Source: Candidatus Peregrinibacteria bacterium
GTDB lineage: Bacteria > Patescibacteriota > Gracilibacteria > UBA1369
Assembly: GCA_963708185.1 (NCBI GenBank)
Contig: OY970195.1
Coordinates: 256,001-320,000 of the forward strand
Reading direction: 5' to 3'
Length of the DNA stretch: 64,000 nt
How positions within the stretch are numbered: the stretch's first letter is position 1; each line of letters begins with the position of its first letter. This document shows, in pieces, positions 38,984 to 47,292 of this stretch. Under the pieces are notes generated by a model. That model worked only from the letters and a program-made list of their open reading frames with translations, was not told where the DNA came from and did not search any database. The position numbers and the translations under genes were made by a program.

Positions 38984-39538
38984 TTAGGAAATTTTATTAG
39001 GCGGGACATCGGGGAGCTCTCCTTTGAGAGCCTGGAGCGCTTGCATCGTCTGGTTCATCATTTCCTGTCTGCGCAGAAGGTATTCGTGGGTAACGGTACC
39101 TTCGCGGTCGATTTTCATTTCAAGAGGTTTGTAAAGTTCGGAAAGCATGATTTCATTGGAGCCTTTCGGTCCGGCAAAGAAGCGGAGGTCACCGTTGATG
39201 ATGGCGATAGTTTTGCAGTTTTTGCTTTGAAGGAACGCCCAGGCGTCTTCCACCGTTTTTCCCTCGGCCAGGTTGCTCTGGAGATTCTGTTTGATGCTTT
39301 CAGCGTTGAGCAGATTGTTTTTTTCCTGGGCCTTTTTGCCGAGATCGTTCAAGGCGAGGTTGAGGTCAGGATTAAAATTCGATTCAACGTTGAGATTGGT
39401 GTTGAATTTCTTCTCGATACGTTCCGCCAGGCTTCCGGGAGCCGGCGGTTGGGCCGAAGGTTTTTCCATTTTCTGGAAAACAAATTTTGCCTTCGTGAAG
39501 CTTGTTTCTTTGTTTTTGAGATACAGCAGGTTGTGCAT
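38984..39538 (-). CDS. Hypothetical protein (184 aa), paralog of the N-terminal domain of the 2064-aa protein
   Basis: Shared LL[FY]L...SF...EKP leader and L....CK......G.L.F core; stop 9 nt before the next ATG. Confidence 0.8.
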   Translation of the reverse strand: MHNLLYLKNKETSFTKAKFVFQKMEKPSAQPPAPGSLAERIEKKFNTNLNVESNFNPDLNLALNDLGKKAQEKNNLLNAESIKQNLQSNLAEGKTVEDAWAFLQSKNCKTIAIINGDLRFFAGPKGSNEIMLSELYKPLEMKIDREGTVTHEYLLRRQEMMNQTMQALQALKGELPDVPPNKIS

Positions 39539-39669
39539 AATTTTTGGGGTTTGTTTGTGTTTTTGAGTTTTTTGGTTTTAGTTAATCATAAAATTATAGC
39601 AAAAAACGCTAAAACTTGCAACGGTTTCGTGCCTTCGGTTAAAGTGGGGGTACCTTCAATTTTTACGTT

Positions 39670-40380
39670 ATGGAAAAACCGATCATTATCGTCAATTTTA
39701 AAGCCTATGAAAATGCCCATGGACAAAGGGCTCTTGAACTCGCCAGAATTCATGAGAAGGTCGCCAAAAAGACCGGGGTGGCTTTTGCAATCGCCGTCCA
39801 GCCGACCGACCTGCGCATGATCGCCGCCGAAGTGGATATTCCGGTACTGGCCCAGCATTTTGATCCCGTTGAGTTCGGGGCTTACACCGGCAATCTGTCA
39901 CTGCATGTTCTCAAGGAAGCGGGTGCTGTCGGGTCACTTTTGAACCATGCGGAACGCAAGCTTCCGCTGGACGTCATCGAAAAATCCGTTGAACTGGCAA
40001 GGAATAACGGTTTTTTTACTGTTCTCTGCGCCGACACCCCCTACGCCGGTAAAGCTCTTTCGGAGTTCGATCCGGATCTTATCGCCGTGGAACCTCCGGA
40101 ATTGATCGGCGGGTGTGTTTCCGTGGCGACGGCCAATCCGCAGCTGATTTCCGATGTTGTGGACATGGTGGGGAAGGGGAAAGTTCTCGTCGGTGCGGGC
40201 ATCAAGACCAAACAGGACGTGCACCGTTCTCTGGAACTCGGGGCAAGCGGCGTTCTTCTTGCTTCCGGTGTGACCAAATCATTGATGCCTGAAGAAGTAT
40301 TGATGGATCTCGCCCAGGGCGTCCTGGAGTTCAAGATGCACAAGAAAGATTCCCATGATTACGTGGAAAATTGCGATTAG
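39670..40380 (+). CDS. tpiA: Triosephosphate isomerase, archaeal type
   Basis: IVNFKAY, VLAQHFDP, LLNHAER, IAVEPPELIG, VLVGAGI, GVLLASGV. Confidence 0.95.
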   Translation: MEKPIIIVNFKAYENAHGQRALELARIHEKVAKKTGVAFAIAVQPTDLRMIAAEVDIPVLAQHFDPVEFGAYTGNLSLHVLKEAGAVGSLLNHAERKLPLDVIEKSVELARNNGFFTVLCADTPYAGKALSEFDPDLIAVEPPELIGGCVSVATANPQLISDVVDMVGKGKVLVGAGIKTKQDVHRSLELGASGVLLASGVTKSLMPEEVLMDLAQGVLEFKMHKKDSHDYVENCD

Positions 40381-40449
40381 TTCCCGCTCATTGTTTTAGC
40401 CAGACAAACGTTCTATAATAATTTTGATTTATTTCTTTAAAAGGTTTTT

Positions 40450-41022
40450 ATGCAGGTTTCGATCATTCAAAAACATATCAATTTGAGCGACAGCCAGAAG
40501 GACTACATCCAGGAAAAAATTGAACATCTCAAACACTTGGGGCAGCGCGTCGACGACGAGTCGACCCAGGTCCGCGTCGATATTGAACATAACAACGAGA
40601 AAACCACCAACAAGAACATTTCGCTGCAGGTCACGATGTTTGTTCCGCATGCCGTGGTACGCGCAGAGGTCCTCGGTATTTCACCGGAGGAAGCCATAGA
40701 TCTCGCGGTGGAGAAACTGAAAAAACAGATCGAACGATACAAGAACAAGCAGCATCGCCGCGACCAGTCCGGCAAATGGATCCCTTCCTCGACACTCGAA
40801 GAAATCTCATCGACGCAGGAGGCGACGGCACCTGTTCCAAAAATCACCAAACGTAAAAGTTTTTCCGACATCAAACCCATGCACGAGGAAGAGGCCGTGG
40901 AGCAGATGGAATTGCTCGGGCATGATTTTTTTGCCTTTCTCAACGAGGAAAACGGGAAATTTGGAGTTGTCTACAAACGTGAAGACGGTACCTACGGACT
41001 CCTTGAACTGGAGAATAAGTAA
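40450..41022 (+). CDS. hpf: Ribosome hibernation promoting factor, long form
   Basis: YIQEKIEHL, AIDLAVEKLKKQIERYK, KPMHEEEAVEQMELLGHDFF, VVYKREDGTYGLL. Confidence 0.96.
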   Translation: MQVSIIQKHINLSDSQKDYIQEKIEHLKHLGQRVDDESTQVRVDIEHNNEKTTNKNISLQVTMFVPHAVVRAEVLGISPEEAIDLAVEKLKKQIERYKNKQHRRDQSGKWIPSSTLEEISSTQEATAPVPKITKRKSFSDIKPMHEEEAVEQMELLGHDFFAFLNEENGKFGVVYKREDGTYGLLELENK

Positions 41023-41063
41023 AAATGTGAAAATTGTATTTTGAACATTTTTTAGCTTTTCGT

Positions 41064-42476
41064 ATGGAAATTCTACTTCCACTCTTGGGCCTCGCTTATT
41101 TTGTTTTTGCTTTGACCAACTTGAGGTTTGCGGTTCTGCTTTTGCCGCTTTTTTTTCCTGCATATCTTCTGAAGTTTGACGTCGGAGGGGTTCCTTTCCC
41201 TCTCGTGGAGGTTTTTATCTATGCGACGACTCTGGCTTGTGTTTTGCGGACGGTCTACGACCTTGTCAAGAAAAAATTGTCGTGGAAAGAGCTTTTCGCG
41301 CCTTATAAAAGCAGTTTGTTATGGGCCGTAGCCGGCATTGTCGTTGCCGCGGTGGTTTCAACCGTCATCACGCCCCAGTCAGTCGTGATGATGGACGGCA
41401 ATACCGTTTTTTACGGGAGAAAAGTCGCTTTGGGGATTCTTAAGAGTTGGATCATCGCCCCGCTCTTGATGTTGGGCCTTTTTGCCTGGATTATGAAAAC
41501 CAGTGAAGACATGGAGTTTGCGTTGAACAGTTACACCGTTTCAGCTGTGGTCTTGGCTGGATGGGGGATTTATCAGGTTTTAACCGGCCGGTACATCACT
41601 CCGGACGGCAGAGCGTCCGGGCCTTTCAACTCGGCCAATTATCTGGCGCTCTTTATCGCGCCGGCTTTATTTTATGCTTTGGTGCGTGCGAAGGATTGTA
41701 TCGTGACGCATGAAAACTCCTGGTTCCAGAGAATTTTGCATATTTTCCGCCGTCCGCAGGAACAACGGGAAAGGTTCATGTATGCCCTTGCCTGGAGCGG
41801 AGGTTTCCTGTTGTTGTTGTTCGGACTTTTGTTTACCAAATCGTATGCCGCTTTTCTTGCCGTCTTCGTAGTGTGTCTCATGTGGGGAGCGGTTCAGGTC
41901 AAAAACTGGAAAAAGTTTCCATGGAAAGTTTTGTTGATCCTTGTGGGAATCGTTGTTTTGTTGGGCATTGGACTGATAGCGTTGGACCCGGTCAAATGGC
42001 AGAAGTTTTTTGAACTGACGACGCGAACGTCTTCGGGTGTGAGAGTCGAAATTTATACGATTGCATCGGGGCTGCTGCTGCAACACCCTTTCCTGGGCAT
42101 TGGGCTGGGAATGTTCCCTGCGGCGTATCAGCTCCAAGGGCCCGTTATTCTCGGGCATAACCCCTATGAGTGGAACATGCTTCATCCCCATAACGAATTT
42201 CTGGCTTTCTGGCTGAATCTGGGGCTGATCGGCTTCGCAAGCTTTCTCTGGGTCATAAAGGTGTGTTTTCAAAAAGCCTGGAACTCTTTCAGGAACTTCA
42301 GGCATTTACAGCAAAACGGCCTTCAATGGTTCCAGGCGGTCGGATTCCTGATGTTCCTTATCGTTCTTTTCCACGGACTTGTGGACACGCCTTTCTTTAA
42401 AAACGATCTCGCCTTGATGTTCTGGCTGATCGTGAGCGTGATCGTCCTTCCCGTTTCGCGCAAGAAGGACTCGTGA
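41064..42476 (+). CDS. O-antigen ligase/Wzy_C family membrane protein
   Basis: RASGPFNSANYLAL, TKSYAA, R-VEIY, PFLGIGLGMF, HPHNEFL..W..LGLIG. Confidence 0.88.
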   Translation: MEILLPLLGLAYFVFALTNLRFAVLLLPLFFPAYLLKFDVGGVPFPLVEVFIYATTLACVLRTVYDLVKKKLSWKELFAPYKSSLLWAVAGIVVAAVVSTVITPQSVVMMDGNTVFYGRKVALGILKSWIIAPLLMLGLFAWIMKTSEDMEFALNSYTVSAVVLAGWGIYQVLTGRYITPDGRASGPFNSANYLALFIAPALFYALVRAKDCIVTHENSWFQRILHIFRRPQEQRERFMYALAWSGGFLLLLFGLLFTKSYAAFLAVFVVCLMWGAVQVKNWKKFPWKVLLILVGIVVLLGIGLIALDPVKWQKFFELTTRTSSGVRVEIYTIASGLLLQHPFLGIGLGMFPAAYQLQGPVILGHNPYEWNMLHPHNEFLAFWLNLGLIGFASFLWVIKVCFQKAWNSFRNFRHLQQNGLQWFQAVGFLMFLIVLFHGLVDTPFFKNDLALMFWLIVSVIVLPVSRKKDS

Positions 42477-42479
42477 GGT

Positions 42480-43313
42480 TTATTTTTGTGGTTTATCGCT
42501 TTTTCTTTTTGCCATGGGGCCCGATGGAATTGTCGGGCGGTCATTTTGGTCCGGGTTTTCTTCCGTGGCCGGAGGATAAGGGGGCGGGAGCATGGCGTGA
42601 CTCGCGGCTTGTGAGACGGAAGCTCTGATTTTTGATATTTTCGCGGAAGCGGCCTCGGGGGTTCCGTACTGTTGTGAGAGTTCAACGATTTTTGCGCGGA
42701 TTTTGTTAAGAACCTCGCGTCTTGTTTCCTCAACTAATTCATTGTGATTCGAAGGTTTTTTTTCGGGAGCGTGAGGCGCCAAAAGGAGATCCATGTTGTC
42801 GGGTTCGTATGTCGGGATATTCCTGAATTCTCGATGATCCTGATTGATGAATGAAATAATTTCCGGTTCGAGAATGAACAGTGTTGAGGGTTCCAACGCG
42901 GACCACTCGTCAATTTCGTCCAGTACAAGACGCGCAAGTTCAATATTGATTGCCTCCGGGCTCGGCAGAGGTCCGTACAATGTGCCGCCGGATCTATCGA
43001 GGATTTTTCCTGAAATGAAAGTGAGCATGCTCCTGCGTTCGCTGGAATCGGTTTCGGTTATTTTCAAAGGCAGCAGTTTCCACGTATCGAAAGCCTTCAG
43101 CAGTGTCCCCCCGATTTCCCAGACGATTCTTTTTTCGCCCGGCATTTTTTCGAACCGTTGGTGCGTCTTCGCGAGTTCCAGCCTTTTTTTCGCGTCGATG
43201 CGATAGGTACCCGTAATTTTCCCTCTGTTTTCCGGGGGGATGGTTTGAGAATAGCGAGGCTTAGGGGCTTCGGATATTTTTTTCCTTAAGCGCTTTTTAA
43301 GGCGTTCGAACAT
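42480..43313 (-). CDS. Hypothetical protein (277 aa)
   Basis: Long ORF filling the gap between two plus-strand units; no recognisable family. Confidence 0.7.
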   Translation of the reverse strand: MFERLKKRLRKKISEAPKPRYSQTIPPENRGKITGTYRIDAKKRLELAKTHQRFEKMPGEKRIVWEIGGTLLKAFDTWKLLPLKITETDSSERRSMLTFISGKILDRSGGTLYGPLPSPEAINIELARLVLDEIDEWSALEPSTLFILEPEIISFINQDHREFRNIPTYEPDNMDLLLAPHAPEKKPSNHNELVEETRREVLNKIRAKIVELSQQYGTPEAASAKISKIRASVSQAASHAMLPPPYPPATEENPDQNDRPTIPSGPMAKRKSDKPQK

Positions 43314-43474
43314 AAAAACTCAAAGTTGGGGGTCGAGAATGTAAGAGGGTTCGAAGGGTTTATTTTTTGATTTTATAACATGGGGATTTTACACGAAATT
43401 CTCTCATATAGAAAACTTTTCTTTAAAATGATACAGTATCATTGCAAAAATATTGTGATACTTCCGTGAAATTT

Positions 43475-43852
43475 ATGGAGATTCTGACGACAATTTCCGG
43501 CACCGTGATGAAAGGCGTGCTGATGGGACGCAAAATGGGTTTTCCGACCATCAATGTTGCTTTCGATTCAACGGATCTGCCTTTTGGGGTTTATGCCGTG
43601 AGGGTGTATACTTCTGATGGTGTCTATAAAGGAGCGCTTCATTTTGGGCCCCGCAAAGTTTTGGGACTGATGGAGCCTTCGCTTGAAGTCCATCTTTTGG
43701 ATTTTTCCGGTGATCTTTACGGGCAGAAAGTGAAAATCGACGTGTTTGAAAAAATAAGGGACACAAAGGATTTTGATGATATGGATGCCATGAAGCGGCA
43801 AATCCGGTTCGATGTCGACGCGGTGAGGGCTACCGATATACCATTGCAGTGA
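43475..43852 (+). CDS. Stand-alone riboflavin kinase (RibF C-terminal domain only)
   Basis: GTVMKG...GRKMGFPTIN, GVYAV, LEVHLLDFSGDLYG, KIRDTKDF. Confidence 0.92.
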   Translation: MEILTTISGTVMKGVLMGRKMGFPTINVAFDSTDLPFGVYAVRVYTSDGVYKGALHFGPRKVLGLMEPSLEVHLLDFSGDLYGQKVKIDVFEKIRDTKDFDDMDAMKRQIRFDVDAVRATDIPLQ

Positions 43853-43855
43853 CGT

Positions 43856-45208
43856 ATGATCATTTCTTACCTCAGGAAAAAAATATCTCCGAATAATCCT
43901 TTGCGTCTCTTGTACCATCAGGTGATGGCTTTTTTTGCAGCCACGTATTACCGGTTTCCTTCCAAGTATTTGAACGTTATCGGTGTTACCGGAACGAAAG
44001 GCAAGACGACAACGACGAACCTTATCGCGGCCGTTCTTTCGGAGGCGGGATACAAGGTTGGAATGACCTCCACCATTCTTTTCCAGGTCGGCGATACCAA
44101 GTGGACCAATCTGACCAAGCAGACGACGCTCGGTCCTTTTTTTCTGCAAAAAATGCTCAGACAAATGGTCGATCAAGGCTGTACTCACGCAGTACTTGAA
44201 GTTTCGTCACATGCCATTCACCAGAACCGCATCTGGGGAATCAATTTTGATACGGCGGTTTTGACGAATATCGGCGAAGACCATCTTGAATATCACGGCG
44301 GGTTTGATCAATACCTCCACACGAAGGGAGTTTTATTTTCGCGTCTCAACCGGTCCCCGCGGAAATCCCATATTCCCAAAGTGGCGGTGTTGAATAAAGA
44401 CGACGCGCATTTTGTCTATTTCGATCAATTCCTCGTTGATCGAGAATATACTTACGGCATGGGGGGCGGCACGTGTTACGGTTCCGACGTTCATCTGACG
44501 CCTTCGGGTTGTGATTTTACGCTGCACGTTCCCAACAATCAGATCGATATCCAGTTGAAAATTCCCGGAGAGTTCAACGTCTATAATTCTTTGGCGGCTG
44601 CCACGGTCGGGCTAGTCAACAACATCAATCTTAACGTCATCAAGTCCGCCCTGGAAAAGGCTTCGGCCATTCCCGGAAGGTTTGAGGCGATCGACTGCGG
44701 ACAGAAATATACGATTATCGTGGATTATGCCCATACCCACGAATCCCTGGATAAACTTCTGTCTTTATATAAGAAGCTGACCAAAGGGAAACTTTACGTT
44801 GTTTTCGGGGCAACAGGAGGCGGGAGAGATAAGGCCAAGCGGCCCAAAATGGGAGCGGTGGCGGATAAGTACGCCGATTATGTGATTGCGACGAATGACG
44901 ATCCTTACGAGGAAGACCAGTGGAAAATCATCGAAGACATTGCCGGGGGAATCAAACGTAAGGAAGGCGACAGGTTCTGGAAGATTCCCCACAGGCTTGA
45001 AGCCATCAAACTTGCTTTAACGATGGCGGAAGCAGGAGATACGGTCATTGTCGCCGGGAAGGGTTCGGAAGAGATCCAGATGATCGGGGACGAGAAGATT
45101 CCCTGGGATGACCGTAAAGTCGTCCGCGAACTTCTTGCCCGAGAGATGCGAGTGGAGATCAAACCCGGGAGGTTCGAGGAAAAGCAGAACGTTTACATGA
45201 AAAATTAG
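43856..45208 (+). CDS. murE: UDP-MurNAc-tripeptide ligase MurE
   Basis: GVTGTKGKTTT, LEVSSH, TNIGEDHLEYH, IPGRFE, VDYAHT, FGATGGGRDKAKR, AGKGSE. Confidence 0.93.
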   Translation: MIISYLRKKISPNNPLRLLYHQVMAFFAATYYRFPSKYLNVIGVTGTKGKTTTTNLIAAVLSEAGYKVGMTSTILFQVGDTKWTNLTKQTTLGPFFLQKMLRQMVDQGCTHAVLEVSSHAIHQNRIWGINFDTAVLTNIGEDHLEYHGGFDQYLHTKGVLFSRLNRSPRKSHIPKVAVLNKDDAHFVYFDQFLVDREYTYGMGGGTCYGSDVHLTPSGCDFTLHVPNNQIDIQLKIPGEFNVYNSLAAATVGLVNNINLNVIKSALEKASAIPGRFEAIDCGQKYTIIVDYAHTHESLDKLLSLYKKLTKGKLYVVFGATGGGRDKAKRPKMGAVADKYADYVIATNDDPYEEDQWKIIEDIAGGIKRKEGDRFWKIPHRLEAIKLALTMAEAGDTVIVAGKGSEEIQMIGDEKIPWDDRKVVRELLAREMRVEIKPGRFEEKQNVYMKN

Positions 45209-45210
45209 TT

Positions 45211-46116
45211 ATGGCTGTTCGTTCCAACCGGGATGATTTTGGGTTTTTGCTCATCGATAAACCAAAAGAGGTGAGTTCTTTTTACGTTGTCCGGACTTTG
45301 CGGAAGCTCTTGGACATGAAACGGATCGGGTATGCCGGAACGCTCGATCCGCTGGCCACAGGGTTGATGATCGTGGCGGTGGGAGAAGCGACGAAGCTTT
45401 TGAATGCGCTTGAGCAGACCGATAAAGTTTATGACGTGGTTATCCGTCTCGGCGCAAGGTCGGAAACGTATGACGCTGAAGGACCTGTCGTAATGTCGGA
45501 TGTTTCTCCGGAAGTTCCAAGAGAAGTGATCGAAAAAGTCATCAGAGCGGATTTCCTGGGGAAACGCCGGCAGATTCCACCGCGTTATTCCGCGGTGAAG
45601 ATCGGAGGGAAGCATGCGTATGAACTGGTGAGAAAAGGGAAAGAAGTCAATATTCCCGCCAAGGACGTGGAGTTTTTCGACGTTCAGGTTCGATCGTTTG
45701 AATATCCCTTGCTTGAATGCTCGGTGCATTGCAGCGCGGGCACCTATATAAGAAGTTTTGCCAGTGACCTTGGCGAGAAGCTGGGGTGCGGCGCTTACGT
45801 GGCCGAACTCCGCCGTACCAAAATCGGGGAACACCTTCTGGCCGATGCCGTGGCTTTGGATAAACTGACGCCGCAGAACTGCCGGGAACATATTGTCCCT
45901 CCGGAAAAATTCTTGAAGGACTGGAGACAATGCGAGGTTGATGCCAAGGAGTACGGATTGCTTTGTCACGGCGGATTCATTCCCAATCGCTGGAAGGAAA
46001 AGCTTCGTGATGTTTCGTCGGCCCTGGCCGTTTTTGAAGGAAAAACCGTGGGTCTTCTCGAGCCGTGCGAAGAGGGACGTTCGTTAAAATTCGCGAAGAA
46101 ATTCAATTTAGGTTAA
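45211..46116 (+). CDS. truB: tRNA pseudouridine(55) synthase
   Basis: LIDKP, GYAGTLDPLATG, PPRYSAVK, CSAGTYIRS, LRRTKIG. Confidence 0.97.
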   Translation: MAVRSNRDDFGFLLIDKPKEVSSFYVVRTLRKLLDMKRIGYAGTLDPLATGLMIVAVGEATKLLNALEQTDKVYDVVIRLGARSETYDAEGPVVMSDVSPEVPREVIEKVIRADFLGKRRQIPPRYSAVKIGGKHAYELVRKGKEVNIPAKDVEFFDVQVRSFEYPLLECSVHCSAGTYIRSFASDLGEKLGCGAYVAELRRTKIGEHLLADAVALDKLTPQNCREHIVPPEKFLKDWRQCEVDAKEYGLLCHGGFIPNRWKEKLRDVSSALAVFEGKTVGLLEPCEEGRSLKFAKKFNLG

Positions 46117-46144
46117 AATGGGTCGCGTCATTCAGATTTCAGCT

Positions 46145-47215
46145 ATGAATCAGTATATTGTTCCGGCAATTTTTGCTTTTCTGGCCACGATCGTTCTGGT
46201 GAAACTCGCCCTGAAGTTTTTTCCGAAATTCGGACTGATGGACAGACCTGAGCGTTACGGATTGAGACGTAAGCCGATCCCTTATTATGGAGGACTTGTC
46301 ATCGTCACGGTGTTTTTCCTTTCGGTCGTTTTGTTCGTTCCGCTCGACGCTCATGTTCTGGCGATGATTTTTGGTGCACTGCTCATCGCGAGCGTGAGTT
46401 TTGCCGACGACATGTTCAGTTTGAGTCCGTATTTTCGTCTTTTTATCCAGATTTTGGCTGCTTTGATTCTCGTGATCGCCGGAGTCGGCATTACTTCGAT
46501 TTCCAATCCGTTCGGTGCGGCGATCGTCCTGGACGCCCAGAAGTTCACGATGAATTTCGGCAGCGGAGGCGTGTTGAGTATTTCTCTGTTGGTGGCTTTG
46601 TTTACCATTGTATGGGTGGTGGCGATCGTAAATACGATGAATTTTCTGGACGGACTGAACGGTCTCCCCAGCGGAGTCTCGGCCATCGCAGCGTTGACGT
46701 TGTTTTTTTTGAGTGTGAGACCGGGGATCCACTATGACGCTTCCAACCAGGTTTCCGTTGCCATGATCAGTATTATTTTTTTTGCAACGACTGCTGCTTT
46801 CGCCATTTTCGATTTTTATCCGGCAAAAATTTTGATGGGGGATACGGGGAGTATGTTCTTGGGTTTCGTCATAGCGACCCTGGCAATTTTTTCGGGTGGA
46901 AAGGTCGCAACCGCTTTCCTGGTCTTGGGATTCCCGATTCTTGATGCCGTATGGGTCATCACCCGCCGTATTGTGGAAGGACGGTCTCCTTTTAAAGGAG
47001 ATCTGAAGCATCTGCACCACCGTTTGGTGACGATGGGATTGAGCCAGCGTAAAGCGGTATTGCTCATGTACGGTCTCAGTGCGCTGTTCGGACTTTCGGC
47101 AGTTTTCCTGGATACCCAGCAGAAACTTTATGCCATGGGGCTTCTCGTTTTGGCCATGGTGGCTCTCGGTGGTTATGCGGTCTATCTTGGAAAGGATAAA
47201 ATACCATTAAAATAG
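46145..47215 (+). CDS. WecA/TagO-like undecaprenyl-phosphate GlcNAc-1-phosphate transferase (MraY/GT4 family)
   Basis: PIPYYGG, FADD, NTMNFLDGLNGL, PAKILMGDTGS, GDLKHLHHRL (WecA-type HHH motif). Confidence 0.9.
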   Translation: MNQYIVPAIFAFLATIVLVKLALKFFPKFGLMDRPERYGLRRKPIPYYGGLVIVTVFFLSVVLFVPLDAHVLAMIFGALLIASVSFADDMFSLSPYFRLFIQILAALILVIAGVGITSISNPFGAAIVLDAQKFTMNFGSGGVLSISLLVALFTIVWVVAIVNTMNFLDGLNGLPSGVSAIAALTLFFLSVRPGIHYDASNQVSVAMISIIFFATTAAFAIFDFYPAKILMGDTGSMFLGFVIATLAIFSGGKVATAFLVLGFPILDAVWVITRRIVEGRSPFKGDLKHLHHRLVTMGLSQRKAVLLMYGLSALFGLSAVFLDTQQKLYAMGLLVLAMVALGGYAVYLGKDKIPLK

Positions 47216-47292
47216 GCTTTAGCAAACGCAGGGGGAGTCTTGCATTTCAAAGGTTTTTAGGGGTATAACATATTGCCCGGTAAAAGTTTTTT

